The notes under the pieces: generated by a model | The model's input: the letters and a program-made list of their open reading frames with translations, nothing else | Told to the model about the DNA's origin: nothing | Database searches by the model: none | Source of the DNA: the human T2T-CHM13v2.0 reference genome, Homo sapiens | Reading direction: 5' to 3' (one strand) | DNA: 64,000 bases | NCBI RefSeq assembly: GCF_009914755.1 | Contig: NC_060925.1 | Part shown: piece by piece, positions 13,866 to 31,474 of the stretch | Position numbering within the stretch: the first letter of the stretch is position 1 | Layout of the letters: each line of letters begins with the position of its first letter | Position numbers and translations under genes: made by a program

Positions 13866-14263
13866 TTGATGTCTGCATTAAGATGGTCAATAGAAACTTC
13901 CTCATAGAATTTATCTTTCCCAATAAAAAATGAGAAAAAGCATTTTAAATTTAGCATATTTTCTGCTTACAACAATCAAATAAGAGTATACCCTACTGAA
14001 ATACATTTCAAAAAATGACAACCAAGAGAAAGAAAGAAAATTCTCGAGCAAAATACAAAAGCACAGCAGTTTCTAACCTCACTTCCACCCCCAGAAACCT
14101 TTCAGTGAGTAGAAAAAGTTCTCGGAATACTTACTAACACATCCAAATATGTAGAGACATAAACTGAGTGGGTATCTTTATCTTTTTCCTTTTTGGATTG
14201 AGAAATAGTGAAACTATCTGCTGGGGATAAATAAGTGAAATGGGGAAATGAACACTAGGAAAC

Positions 14264-14624
14264 TGTCTTAACTTGTTCAGGTTGCTATAACAAAATACCA
14301 TAAGCTGGGTAGGTTATAAACAACAGAAATGTATTCCTCACAGTTTTGAAGGTTGGGAAGTCCAAGATCAAGGAACTAGCAGATTGTCTGGTGAGGGCTC
14401 ACTTTCAGGTTCACAGACGGTGCCTTCTCCCTGTATTCTCACAGGGTAGAAGAATCAAGGGTCTCTCTGGGTTCTCTTTATAAAGTCAACTAATCCCATT
14501 CATAAGGGCTCAGCCCTTAGGATTTACTCACCTCCCTAAGGGCTCATCTGCTAATACTATCACCCTGGGGGTTAAGATTTTAACATATGAATTTTGAGGG
14601 GATACAAACATTCAGACCATAGCA
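14264..14624 (-). mobile_element. Solo MLT1A0-like MaLR LTR
   Basis: tgtcttaacttgttcaggttgctataacaaaatacc...acaaacattcagaccatagca. 5-bp TSD gaaac/gcaac. Confidence 0.88.
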
Positions 14625-14799
14625 GCAACTAACAGCTTCATGAGGAATTCCCTAGTCCCAGAGGATGAGTGTGAACAGATATAAGCCAATTGTGTCAATT
14701 CCTTTCCCCTAACCAGTGATATGTTTAAGCATAAACATTTGATATCACTGACCAGTAAGATGCAAAGGAGGAAATTTAAGAAGGAATTCATAGAAGAGT

Positions 14800-15190
14800 C
14801 AAGAGCCATAGAGGATGGAGAGATATCCTAGGGATTCGTAAAGCAGAAAGCCCCTACTGTTCTTATGGTGGAGGAACGAAGTGAGGGAGTGACATCATCA
14901 GAGGCTGGAAGTCAAGGCCAACTGGCAGAAACTGGAACATGGAGGCCTGGTCCACTGGGAGGCTGGAGAGGGAGCCACTACTGAGGCTCACTCAAGAAGC
15001 TTTTTGGAGCAAAGAAGGAAGGGGAAAATGCCCTGGATTCTCTCTTTTTCCTGCCCTCCAATCTGTGCCAATGCCTCTGGGCTGGAATCTGGCTGCCAGG
15101 GGCCCCTGGAAAGTACAGCCTGCATCAATCAGCCTCAATGTGGTACAAAACAAAGCAGGGGAAGAGTAAGAACTGAATTTGAAGGTGAAG
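14800..15190 (-). mobile_element. Diverged ERVL-class LTR (LTR67B/LTR79-like)
   Basis: cctgccctccaatctgtgccaatgcctct...gccaggggcccctggaaagtacagcctgca resembles recalled LTR67B/79 antisense sequence. Weak match. Confidence 0.35.
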
Positions 15191-16708
15191 ACGTAGAGAC
15201 TTGGCATAAAGAGGATGAAAAAAAGAAAGAAATCAAGGATGACTCCCACATTTTTGGCTTGTGAATGTGAGGAAGTGCCACTTCTGCGATGGGGAACATT
15301 GAAGAAGTAGCAGTTAGGGAACCAAACTCAGGATCCTTGTTTTGTATGTGTCAAGTTCAAGTGAAGCTATCAAATGAGTACAACGACACCAGAAGATTCC
15401 CTTGGACCAGAGAGAAAGAGGACGACAGAAGAGAAAGAGAGAGAAGCAGGAGAGAGGGAAAGAAGAGAAGGAGAGAGCTCGAGAACTTTATGTGTCCTAG
15501 AGGCAGGATGGCCTAAATCCTGATTGCTAGCAGTGCTACAGGGAAGTGGCAAGCCTCCATGAAGGAAAATGGGTGCACATTTCGCTTAACACAATATTTT
15601 ATTTTCTAGAAATGAGGCATGGAATTAGGAGAGACCGGAAGGGACCATGCTGTAAAGGATGGTGAATAATGTCCTCAGCAATCACTGTAGTGGACAAATG
15701 ACCAGGCACCTTTTCTCACACACTCCATAGACACGATAGCACCCAACAAACCTGAGATTATGGATTTGAGATTATGGGATTTGGAGAGAAGGGACACAGA
15801 AAAGATTAAGGCTAAATTGCCTGCCACCTCAACTGTACGGAGATTCGGAGACAAAAGTTTTGTTGCTTCAGGTTTCATCTGCTTTCACCATAAGACAATT
15901 TGTGGGATATAAAATCCCCCACAATGCAATTTCCAGAGATTGATTTATTTAGTTTGGCTTAACCCATTGGTGGAGCTTTAACAAGATTGTCCAAAGGGGC
16001 TCTGGTTCTCCGAGTGTAATTCCCTTTGAAATCTCCCCATAGTGGGAAATTCAGAAAGAAACAGTCCTTCCTGGTTGTCCAGTCTAAGTCAATGAACCAA
16101 ACACACATGCAGGCACAAACACCTCCAAGACACACGTATTCCTAGAAATCATGTAACCTAGTTCCATGTATTAAAGACGAAACAATTTTCCTACATGCAA
16201 CAGAATCCATTAAGACCCCTGCCTGTGAAACAAACAGCCTCTTACAGCAAAGCAAATGTGTGAGTCATATCCACCTGCACCTCATTTTGTTTACCCTCTG
16301 GTTTCTAGGTAGTGCCCCAGGAAAAATCTGAAAAAGAAGTGGTGTTCATTTCAAATCCATTTGCATTAAATCCATCTATTAAAGACCTTACAGAAACTCT
16401 GAAGTTTACCAGTTTCGAGCACTTTAGGCCAAGTAACATTTCTAGACAGAGCATATTCATACCCTTTTCTGTGAGTTGAAGGGAGAGAATATGCATGAGT
16501 GAGCCCTGTACATTCAGCACCCCCAGGTGCAGCTTAAGGGGAAAAATTCTGTTCTTCCACTTTATTGTGTATAAGCATAATTTCTCTAGCTCTCAAAGGG
16601 TTCAATGGAAAATAATAATAATAAATTAAACACCATTGGGGGTTCAATCCTCTGACTGGAAAGCTATAGAATTTTAGAAAGCTAAGGATTACAAAATCTC
16701 ACAATCTA

Positions 16709-17251
<543 letters not shown>

Positions 17252-17310
17252 TTAACAGGGAGCTCAAGCTGTTATTATGTGCGTATATGTGTTGTCACAT
17301 TAAAACGCTG

Positions 17311-17321
17311 ATGAGTCAGCA
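17311..17321 (-). promoter_or_regulatory. Candidate NF-E2/Bach/NRF2 (MARE/ARE) site
   Basis: ATGAGTCAGCA reads TGCTGACTCAT on the minus strand, in non-repetitive DNA. A second AP-1 site TGAGTCA lies at 17565-17571. Motif match only. Confidence 0.35.
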
Positions 17322-18459
17322 CAGTATGGGGGCATGTTTTCATATGCTGAACTGATTAAATGACCTCCAAATCATGCTTGCTACGTAAAACTGTGAGTGC
17401 AGGAATCAAGCACCATTAACATAAAATAAACCATAATAGCTGTTAGGATTGTGATAATGCCTTGTTCCTAAATATTCTGGCTATGTGTGCAGAGAATATA
17501 ATAAGCTATCTAATTTTAAGGTTTAATGAGGCAAACTGTTGATTCTGAACTGGCTACAGCAGAATGAGTCAACCCATATGTTCTTTGTCACTGGAATATG
17601 AGCTTATAAACAGACTTGTCTACAAGGCAGAAAACTCACAGATGACTGATAAATGAATTTTGGCAGTGGCTTATGATCATAATTGGCAATAACTGGGGAA
17701 AATATTGACAATGGTGAATTTTGAACTCTTGGAAACAGCGACTCTGAGTCTATCTCACACTCCAACTGTGGTTGAACAGCGCAGAAAGCCTCCTGGACTG
17801 GATAGATTTTAAATTGTGCCTTTATGGACGGGAAAAGGATGATAAATGGAAGCAAAATTTTCTAGGAATATGTCCAAAGTAAATGACTGTTGATATGTGT
17901 GGTTGTCTTAGTCTGGCTGTATATTTCTGGTACTAAGTGGAGATTGTGTGTGTGAGTGTTGATGTTGATGAATATTCATGCACCAGGGAAGGAAAGTATT
18001 CTGTTAACCTGGAGCTATAAAACTTATCCATCAAAATCCTACTTGAGGACTGTGCCATCTGTCTTGATTTGCTCTGAATCAGGATGCCTTACACAATGCG
18101 GAGGGCCTTCTCAGTGGGCTGTGGGTGACAGGAAGACAAACAGCAGTGGCAGCTCAGAACTTAAATTCCTAAGTCATCAGCACCAGCACAGAACTCATTC
18201 TACAATTGTTCTGGAGACAAGTGGGAGATGACAGGATGCCCAAAATAGCAAGCCTGCTTACCTAAGTATTTGTCTCAAAATCGTGCTGGAGAACCACCTG
18301 CTTTGTTTCAATGGAACTCTTGCGAATGTTCAGTTATCAGAAGCACAAGTTATTGTGATGGGACCACTGTGTCTGTCTCTTATGATTGAGCTATCATTTT
18401 AGACTGGCAATTTGTATACTTACCCACTAAAGGTGGGGGGAAAAAACCTTTCTCCTTTT

Positions 18460-19310
18460 ATCCAGCAAACACTTTTGAGAATTTTCTATGTGCCAAGAAC
18501 TATACAAGTCACAGGAATTACAAAGATGCATAAGATATTATAGGTCCTGCTCCTAATTTAGTAGAAAAGAGACATAAGAACAGATCAGTTATAACACAAT
18601 TAAGTTCATACTATAAATGGGAACAAGTGCTTTGCTGATCCCATAAAAAGACTGATGAACTTTGCCTGGGGCAGCTGGGAAAGGCTTTGTGGAAGAGCTG
18701 ACATTTGAATTAGGTTTGAAGAATAAGTAAGAGTTTTCTAGATGGAGTAGTCAAGGGAATTGTAGATGATGGATATCTTTATGGCACTGACTGTGGTGAT
18801 AGTTTTACAGTGTATACTTATCTTTAAACTCATCAAGTTGTATACATTAAATACATACAGATTTTTGTAAGTCAATCATTCCTCAATAAAGTGGTTTAAA
18901 AAAAAAAAAGTCAAAGGGAAGGCATTCTGGCCATGTTTCAAATCACATAGACCTGAAAACTCAGGAAATACTCTTCAAAGAGAGAGGCATTCGTGATTAA
19001 CCAGCCAAAGGTGAAGTGGGGGAATGAAAGGGTTTTGGAATGAAGTGTTGGGAAAGGAGGATCAAGAAGAAAGCTGGGATTGAATTGCAAGGTGTCTTGT
19101 ATGTCAGGCTATAATACTTGATTATTTTCCCCATTTGGGTAGCAGGGAGCCAACAAACATTTATAAGGATGAGAGAAACATGGTTAGATTTATGTTTGAA
19201 GATGCAAATTCAGACGACTATGCAAAAATGAAGCAAGTGGGGAGATGCTGATGGATGTGATGGAAAGGGGGGAAATACTGACAGAAACTGTGAGGGCTGA
19301 AATTAAGCAA
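18460..19310 (-). mobile_element. L2 fragment (interrupted by a short L1)
   Basis: Antisense L2 motifs (ccagcaaacacttttgagaattttctatgtgccaag; ggaaaggctttgtggaagagctgacatttgaa). Confidence 0.65.
18760..18908 (+). mobile_element. Short L1MA9/10-like 3' terminus
   Basis: ctcatcaagttgtatacattaaata...cctcaataaagtggtttaaa followed by poly(A). TSD agtcaa(a)gggaa on both sides. Confidence 0.75.
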
Positions 19311-19861
19311 ATGGTGATAAGAATAGAGAAACCACTAAACTTCAATAGTTGGTACAGGTAGTTGCAGAACAGTATACTTGTAGGAAGAGATACATTTGAG
19401 AAACACACTACTGAAAACTCAGAAATGCTGAGAACAAAAAAAAAGGAAAAGATTTTACCTATGTCAAGAATGCATTCTTCTGCCTTTATAGTTCCAGCAT
19501 CTCTTGAGTCTATATTCTAAATTAATAATGACTGAGCCCCAGTTGCTTGTTTACATTTTATGGGCCTAATTAAATTAGGAAAAATAATCACCTGCAAGCA
19601 AAGATGTGATACACTTCCTGTACGACCAAAAAATACTCTCAGGTTACTACATTCTCAGTCTCAGGTACAAGTTAAGTAAATGAGACGAAAAGTACTAAAG
19701 ATGCTGGATTAAGAGAGAATCAAGAATAGATGCAAGAACAACTGAGATCCAGTGCACAGGAGGAGAGATGAAGGTAACTGGCCCTTCCCTTAGTTGATGT
19801 GTAATAATTGCTTGTTAAATAAAGTAATGGCTACCCATACCACTGACAAGATGCTATGGAT

Positions 19862-20148
<287 letters not shown>

Positions 20149-20308
20149 ACTGATGTTATGATTGGAACAGATGGAAAATGGTAACTCTCAGAGGAATAGT
20201 TTTTTACAAAAGGAACTTACTGGCTATGTTTACTTAGCTTTGCCAGAAGTTTTCTCACTTTCGTATTAGGAAACGTCTACATTATTTAGTCATCTTCCCA
20301 ATAGATGC

Positions 20309-20681
20309 TGCTGTGTTTTGAATGTGTCTCCCAAATTTCATGTGTTGCGAAGATAGTTCCCATTTTCCTATGTTGATTGGAGGTGGGGCCTTTCAGAGGT
20401 AATTAGGATTAAATAAGGTTATCAGGGTGGGGCCCCTATGATGAGACTGGTGGCTTTATAAGAAGAGGGAGAGAGACCTAAGCTGACATGCATGCCTTTG
20501 CCCATTTGCCATGTGATGCCCTCAACCATGTTATGACCAGCAAGGAAGGCCCTCACCAGATGCCAGTGCCATGCTCCTGAACATCCCAGCCTCTGGAACT
20601 GTGAGCTAAATAAACTTCTATTCTTCATAGATTACCCAGTCTCAGTTATTCTATTACAGTAACAGAAAATGGACTATGACA
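20309..20681 (+). mobile_element. Solo MaLR LTR (MSTD/MSTC-like)
   Basis: tgctgtgttttgaatgtgtctcccaaa...aacagaaaatggactatgaca. TSD gatgc/gatac. Confidence 0.85.
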
Positions 20682-20741
20682 GATACTGAATTCCTAATGA
20701 GCAATCATTTCATAGCACCCACCACAATGATTAGCAATTGT

Positions 20742-20905
20742 AGACTTTGAAATTAGACCTGAGTATGAATCCTAGATCTGTCAGTAGTGTGTATCTTTAG
20801 AAAATTACTTAAACTCTCTGAGTCTCAGCTTCCTCTTCATGGACTTGCTGTAGTAAATGAATAAGTCAATGTATGTTAAGCACCTAACAAAATGCCTTAC
20901 ACATA
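20742..20905 (+). mobile_element. MIR
   Basis: Core aaattacttaaactctctgagtctcagcttcctc. Confidence 0.65.
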
Positions 20906-21439
20906 AAAACCATAAATTGCCAACATCACCAATTCAGGCAGATCATAGTGCTTGTCTCACAAAGTTTCAAAGATTCACTAGGGAAATGTATAAGTCCATA
21001 GAATAATATATTAGAAAAATAAATGGAATTTTTTTACCCACAAGTTTGAGCTCCTGAGTATAAAGATGTCTCTTACATGATATTGTCTTTACCACTGTGC
21101 TAAATGTGACACGTTGAATTGAATTTGGAAATTGCAGAAAGTTTATTCCAAGGCATCCACAGACTTTAACCACATTATTTTTAGTCTTTTCTATGTTATC
21201 TTATGCCCAAAGCCCCACTGGGAAGCTATCTGAGAAGCATGTTGTTAGTGGCACAATTAGTGCTGACATATACCACTATTAAAGGAATCTTAATGGGAGT
21301 TTAAGCCAAGTTAAGATTGTAAAATTGGAGGTAAGATGTCCAACAATCTCTGTGGCAAGATATGCACCATTCTTAGGTATTTTACTTCTCCAGTTACATC
21401 CAACTAGTAATTTACAACTTTACTTCTCCATGAACACAA

Positions 21440-21843
21440 ATATCAGTCAAAGATGAGTTAGAATGACCTGGAAACTCAGTGGCTTAAAGCAACAAAGACT
21501 TACTTCTTTTTCATGCTTTATATCCATTTTGAGGCAGTGGGGTCAGAATAGGGGGACTCAATTCATCCTAGTCAATCAGGGACCAAGGCTGATGGAACAA
21601 CCATTATCTTAAACTTATCAGTCACTACGCAAAGGAAAAGAGAAAGATCTGGGGGTCTCATCATGAAAAATTAAGTGTTTTAACCCAGAAGTGCACATGT
21701 TATCTTACTCATAGCTTATTGGACAGAACTTGTCACATGATCACCTTCCTAACAATAAGGGGCCATGGAAGTGTAAGCCCATAATGTGCCCAGAAAGAGA
21801 CAGAAACAGAAATATCTGGCAAAGAGCACCAATGACTACCACT
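21440..21843 (-). mobile_element. MLT1I/J-like MaLR LTR
   Basis: ctcagtggcttaaagcaacaaag...cagggaccaaggctgatgga...gtgcccagaaagag...gagcaccaatgactacca. Confidence 0.65.
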
Positions 21844-23357
21844 AACATTGAGTCTGAAATAGGATTAATTGTCTTGGAATGATGAACAACTAAGTTTGGC
21901 CATTTATGACATTCTGTCTCTTTAGGTAGTTTGCATGCATCTATACGTTTCTTACATTGATAAGTAACCAGACTTCTGAAAGACTAGAACGTAAGACAGA
22001 GAGAAACAAGGCCCACCTGAGATGAGCAGACCAGTAATTATTTAGTCATGTTCTTTCAATGTGCCATTAGTAGTGACATGTAGCAGGGAGCTGACAACAT
22101 CTCCCTGGAAAACAATTCTGCTATTGTTTTCCAGGGAGAAAGAAAACAAGTCTGGGAATAAAATACTGTCTGCTGTGCATTCACTGAATATGATTCATTT
22201 AAAAAATCTCTGCTTACACTAAATATTTCCATTGTCAACAACATCTGCTTATCAGTAATTTCCATAGCTTTCCATATTTCTAAATATTAAACCTATGAAT
22301 ATTAAGACTGTTCTAAGATACTCAGCGAACTGCCAGCTAGCCACAGTAAAACAGACAAACAAACAAAAAAAACACCTCCTGGTACCAGAAAATAAGAGCA
22401 CAAGCAGTACCATAGAGGCAATTTGGTATTTCATGAGGAAGAGGAAGGCTATGTCTGTAACCACTCCAGAAAAGTGGGGGAATGCTGAGGTAAGGACTTT
22501 GGTGTTTGCAGCTCAGTTATGTAAAGACAGATAAGCTGGTTTATATTTCTCCATTCCTTTGACATTCCAGGCTAGAAACAGGATATTTGCTATTGAAATG
22601 ACTATTAGCTACAGTCACTTGAGAGATTTGTCAAATGCTGTGAAACAGCAATTTGTAAAGAGGCTTGATGGCCCTAGGAACACAGTGATTCACAATAACC
22701 GCCTCAGACCAATTTCCTAGATTCTCAGTTTAGTACTAAGGAGGAGAAAGGGTCTCTGGACTAGCATGCCAGGTAGTATAAAAGTCACTGTGTCATTTCA
22801 CCCAGATGCCTGTGGTTCCCTTTATGGGTTCTGGGTATCTATCTCCCAGCTTCTGCATGCTTTACTCCTAAAGGCTGGCACAAGAAGTCTTCCTCAGAGA
22901 ACTGCCTGTGGGCTGATAGGATCCCTCTGCCCAGCTGCCCTGAGACGAGAAACTGCCCAGAAGCCAATAGCCAAGTGCAGAAATATGAATGCTTAGCTGT
23001 TTTGCCTCAATGTGACCACATTAGTTCCAGCCCCTGAAAGATGGAAGGAGTGATAAGACCCAAAGCAAGTCCTGATAGGGTGAGGTAGTGTGGACAAGGA
23101 TTACCCCAGAAGGAAGGGAAATGTCTAACAAAATGCACATTGTTACCTCCCTTTCCCAAATGACTTATACCATCTGTGTGATTCATTAAAAATAAGGAAT
23201 AAAGCTGGGTCTATGTGTTTTTAGAAACAGGTATGGAGAATCAGATAACAAATTGAAGTTTTGCAGCTACCAGCGTATTCAGAAGATCAACTACCCAAAG
23301 AAATGATCCATGAAAAGGAGGAGGTTCAGAAAGGCAGAACTGGCAGGATAATCCAAG

Positions 23358-23360
<3 letters not shown>

Positions 23361-23406
<46 letters not shown>
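23361..23406. repeat. (CA)23 microsatellite
   Basis: Uninterrupted CA run read directly. Confidence 0.97.
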
Positions 23407-26249
<2,843 letters not shown>

Positions 26250-27594
26250 ACACCCCATACAAAACACATATACATAGAACCACACAAAGAACCCAGGTTG
26301 AGAATAGGCAGGAATTAGGAGTGTGGCTAGGTAAAAGCTCTGAAATTCAGGAAGACATGTTAGTCAAGCCAACAGTATGAAATTAACCCAATGCTGAAGC
26401 TAGGCCATGCTTATGTACCTGACTGCCACAGCAGGAGCACAAACAGGACAAGTGAGAAGACTTGTCCCACAGATCTTGGACTCTACTCCTGAGGGAGCAC
26501 CTCAACAAGATGTTCTACAATCTCCCACCTTTTAACTAATGAAGATGTGAATGATCGCTGAATTGCTAGAGATATGAGAGAAACTATGGAGAGCCAGGAT
26601 TGTTAAGGAATTTCAGTATCTGTTGATATCTGAAACTACAATTGTGTGCCAAAAAGCATTATGGAGGAACTGATACAATATACTGTTTGTGGGTTGATTT
26701 GTATGACCATATTTTTATCTAAGTAATTTATAGTTACAGATTTCATTTATATATTTATTATTTCCAAGCAGGCACTTTAGTCCCTGAGTATTGTAAAGAC
26801 CAAATTAGTCCTATATATTACTTGTGATAATGAGCTAATTCCTGTTTAAAATAATTTTATACTTGTCGCAGGCCTGAATACAAAGATACCAACATATGCA
26901 GTCTTCAGACACTAGTGTTCTTTTGTGAATTGAAAGTACATATAGGAAGGGTAAATATAGTCAAGTTCAAGGTCTGTAAATTTAACATCAACAAGAGAAA
27001 GCAAATAAAAATAGAACATACAGAAAGATAAAGTGAAAGAAGGAAGGAAATGTGCTCAAGAAAGTAATTACCATTGTTATAGTGATGGCCACTGAATAGA
27101 AAAATAAGAAAATCTGACCCATTATATGTAAGATTGAAGTAATATGTAATTGTCATAAGGAAAACAACTCTAAGGAGCTTACAAATATGTATAGAAAATA
27201 AAGTTAGGCTACTTCTGCTTCTATTAATAGGTTTGGAATAAGTCGATAACTGATTTACTGAATCAATTTTTTAATGAATGGATGGGAATATATTTGTTAA
27301 TAACCTAGCTTCTGTATAAGACAGAAGTGAAAAACAATATGGTTACTGATTTGTTTAGATGATATTCTGTTTTATAACATGTTAAAAACTAGTTAAATAA
27401 GCCAAAAAAAAGGTGATATATTAAATTAGATCAATACAAAGTAAACTGAGAAATAGACCAAATAGAATACAAATATGCATTCCATTATGAAGGAAATTTA
27501 GAATACAAGGAGAAAATATTGAGACAACATTTTAGGCCACCAGGTTGATTTCAAATAAATAAAATTTCAGATTTGATATCTTCTAGCCATTTGA

Positions 27595-27917
<323 letters not shown>

Positions 27918-29498
27918 AATATAATTTTAAATGAAGAAATCCATATATTTTTATTTATGCTAGGCTTTATATTTTAATATTGTTTTCATCTTATTTCATC
28001 TTACTAGCTCTTCATGACACACACTTCTGTGGATGAGATGCAAAAATTGAGCTCTCATGGGTAGAAATAAAAAGGCAATAATTGTTGAGATTTTTGTCAT
28101 GACTCACATCCTGCAGTCTCAAAATGCATTTATAGGATTATAATATTCACCTGTGAAATATAGCAACCATACTGTGCATGACATCTATATTATCAAAGGG
28201 GATTTGGGACAAGATGCCACAACTCCCAACTTATACATGACACATAGACCAACTCTCCAAATTGAGAGTGTTTACTTCTCCTCTCACTTCTGATTGGATG
28301 CCACAGTATATTCTCCCTCTTAGAATCAGAACCCCACTTTTCTCTGGTGTCATAGTGTTCAAATTAAGACTCACATAAAAGATCAACAATGTCATTGTTT
28401 ATGCTCAAAACTGTGGATAAAGTTCATTTTTATAATCACTTGTTGCTGTAGTGTGCAAAAATGGAGTCTGTAGTGGGATAGGTCTTGGTTCTTCTAGAAG
28501 TGGTGATAAGGTCATATGGACCCAGTGCCACGCGTTTACCTAATTCACTGAGTTCAACAGTCTCAGCATCCAAGGTAGCTGCCTGAGATCTGGGATGCAG
28601 CATAAATACAGAGCAGAGGGGAGTCTGCAGGGGCTTTAAGAGAACTGAGGAGCTAACCCACAAGCACAGCTTCATGAACACTGTGCTTTAACCAACAGGA
28701 GACACTGAGAGTAACAACAATGATCACAAATGTGTCATTACTATATTGAGACAGTGGTATGTTTTAGAAATGGCAGTAGAAATATTAATAAAGGCAAAAA
28801 GCTCCCTAATCCTATCATCCACATTTTAAATTACTGAAATCTATGAGAAAGTGATTTTGACCTATCAGTAAACTCTGTATGACAAATGCAGCTTTATGTC
28901 ATATCTGTGTTCTTCATTCCTTTGTATTTCCTTATCCCTCCTCAGCTCTCACTTCCTTTCCTCTGTCCTCTTTCACACCTTGTCCTATTCTCCTCTTTCT
29001 TTTTCCCCTTTCTCTGAAATGCAAGAGTTTTTCCCCATTTGCTTTTGAGACTGTTGCACAGTGTCTTTGTAAGTGGCAACATGTAGCAGCTGTCTGTTAG
29101 TCCCACTCAAGTCACAGCCTCATGGTGCACTCCTGGGGTTGGGGGCTTTCTTGGCGTGGTGGGTGGGTGCAGACATCAGCATCTTTCACAGAGCTTGTCT
29201 TAGTCAATTCTGAAGTGCTAATTCTCAACCCCCTCAGCCATAACATATGCCCCATCATTACTTTTGAAGTCCAGATGGTACTTGCCAAATTATCAAGACA
29301 CATTTGAACACGTGCAACTTCACAAGATGTATATTCAGCTTAAAAGAATGTTCTGCTCAGCATTGCCTGCCCATGAATTCTTACTACTGTCCTTGCCTTT
29401 TCATTTTACCTGCTTATTTTTTCTCTGCCTATTATGAGGGTGTTTTCTGTCTGTTTTCTCAATTTTACTAGTGCATTTGGATTAGCCAGTTCCACTTA

Positions 29499-29680
29499 GA
29501 GGTAGTATAATATAGTAGTTGACAGTATGGGTTCTGGAGCTGAAGCACCTGCGTTCAAGTCCTAGTTCCATCACTCATTACTGTGTGACCTCAGGCAAGT
29601 TATGGCTGTTGGGGATTCAGTGAGTTAACATGTTTAAAGCTGTAAAGTTTTGAAAACAATGTTTGGCACACAGTAAACAA
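29499..29680 (+). mobile_element. MIR
   Basis: gttcaagtcctagttccatcactcattactgtgtgacctcaggcaagtta...tttggcacacagtaa. Confidence 0.7.
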
Positions 29681-29802
29681 GTCCTCTGTTCATATTCAGA
29701 ACTTAAGGACTGAATAAGCCTATGCCCTAGGAAAGTATTGTTCAAATGTAACTCTGTGTAATCTGGATTCGATGGACAAGTCTCAGACTCCAAAACACAA
29801 TA

Positions 29803-30143
29803 CACTTGTCCCCGCTTATCAGTGGGGAATATTTTCCAAAACCCCCATTGGATGCCTGAAACCATGAATAGTACCGAATCCTATATATACTATGTTTTTT
29901 CCAATACATACATACCTATGATAAAGTTTAACTTATAAATTGGGCACAGTAAGAGAGTAACAACAATAATTAATAATCAAATAGATCAATTATAACAATA
30001 TACTGTAATAACAGTTATGTGCAAGTGATCTCTCTCTCTCTCAAAATACCTTATTGTAATATACTCACTTGTTTTTGGATTTCAGTTGACTGTGGGTAAC
30101 TGAAATCACAGGAAGGGAAAGCGCAGATAAGGGGGGACTACTG
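29803..30143 (-). mobile_element. MER44A (TcMar-Tigger MITE)
   Basis: Terminal inverted repeats cacttgtccccgcttatc / gataaggggggactactg, TA target duplications on both sides, MER44A-like internal sequence. Confidence 0.88.
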
Positions 30144-30736
30144 TATAGAAAAAGCAGAGCCTGGGGTACTGTGCAAGGACTTGGTTCTGGAGCTGGGCTT
30201 AGGTGTGAGAGGTGAGACAGGCTACTCCAAGAGTTACAGAATGTGTGACAAAGAACACTGAAAGATAGTGTGGGGCAAATCAAAGTATTTGAAACTAAAC
30301 AAAAAAATCCAAGTAAAGAGTCATTCTGAAAGTGTCTGGTGGAGGGAGAGAGAATTAACCTCAGAGAAAGGAAAAACAATATAAAGACAAACAAAAAGGA
30401 AGAGCTTGGTTAAAACTTTGAGGAATTACTTGAGACTTCAGCCTTACTCATTGATAAGAGGGAACCTGGCAAATACCTTGAGTTTGTTCAGACAGAATCA
30501 GAGTTCTTTGTAGCATTCCAGTTTTAATATAACTGTTAATTAACTACAAGACCATAAGCAACACAAGAAACAGTCCTATGACCCAATTTCATTATCATTA
30601 AGATCTCTTTTAAATGCAATGCAATTTGTTCGTTCAACAAACCGTACATGGAGTGAAACAGTCACTGGACTGGGCACTAGGAATACCGCAGTGATGATAA
30701 ACATTGCCCCTGCCTCCCCAAAGCTATGGTTTAATG

Positions 30737-30961
30737 CAGGGGTGTCCAATCTTTTGGCTTCCCTTGGCCATGTTGGAAGAAGAGGAATTGTCTTGGGCCA
30801 CACATAAAATATGTTAACACTAACAATAGCTGATGAGCTTTAAAAAAATCACACAAAAAAATCTCATAATGGTTTTAAGAAAGTTTACAGACTTGTGTTT
30901 CACTGCATTCAAAGCTGTCTGGGCCACATGCAGCCCACGGGCCATGCTTTGGACAAACTTG
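30737..30961 (+). mobile_element. MER30 (hAT-Charlie MITE)
   Basis: CAGGGGTGTCCAATCTTTTGGCTTCCC...ttggacaaacttg. 8-bp TSD gtttaatg/gtctaatg. Confidence 0.92.
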
Positions 30962-31135
30962 GTCTAATGGGAGAGACCATGCTTCGCATCTGAAAAACAG
31001 AGCCTATGATGGAGGAGCCACCCTAGTCCAAGGTCAAGAAAATCTCCCCTGAGGAAATGACATGTAAGCTGAGAATTGAAGGATGAGTAGTATTTAGAAC
31101 AATAAAATGACTCCAGATAGAAAGAGCAGTAAATA

Positions 31136-31474
<339 letters not shown>

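Noticed and set aside
14714-14750. Hairpin cagtgatat...atatcactg
   Set aside because: Only a 9-bp stem within probable old LTR sequence; too short for a pre-miRNA.
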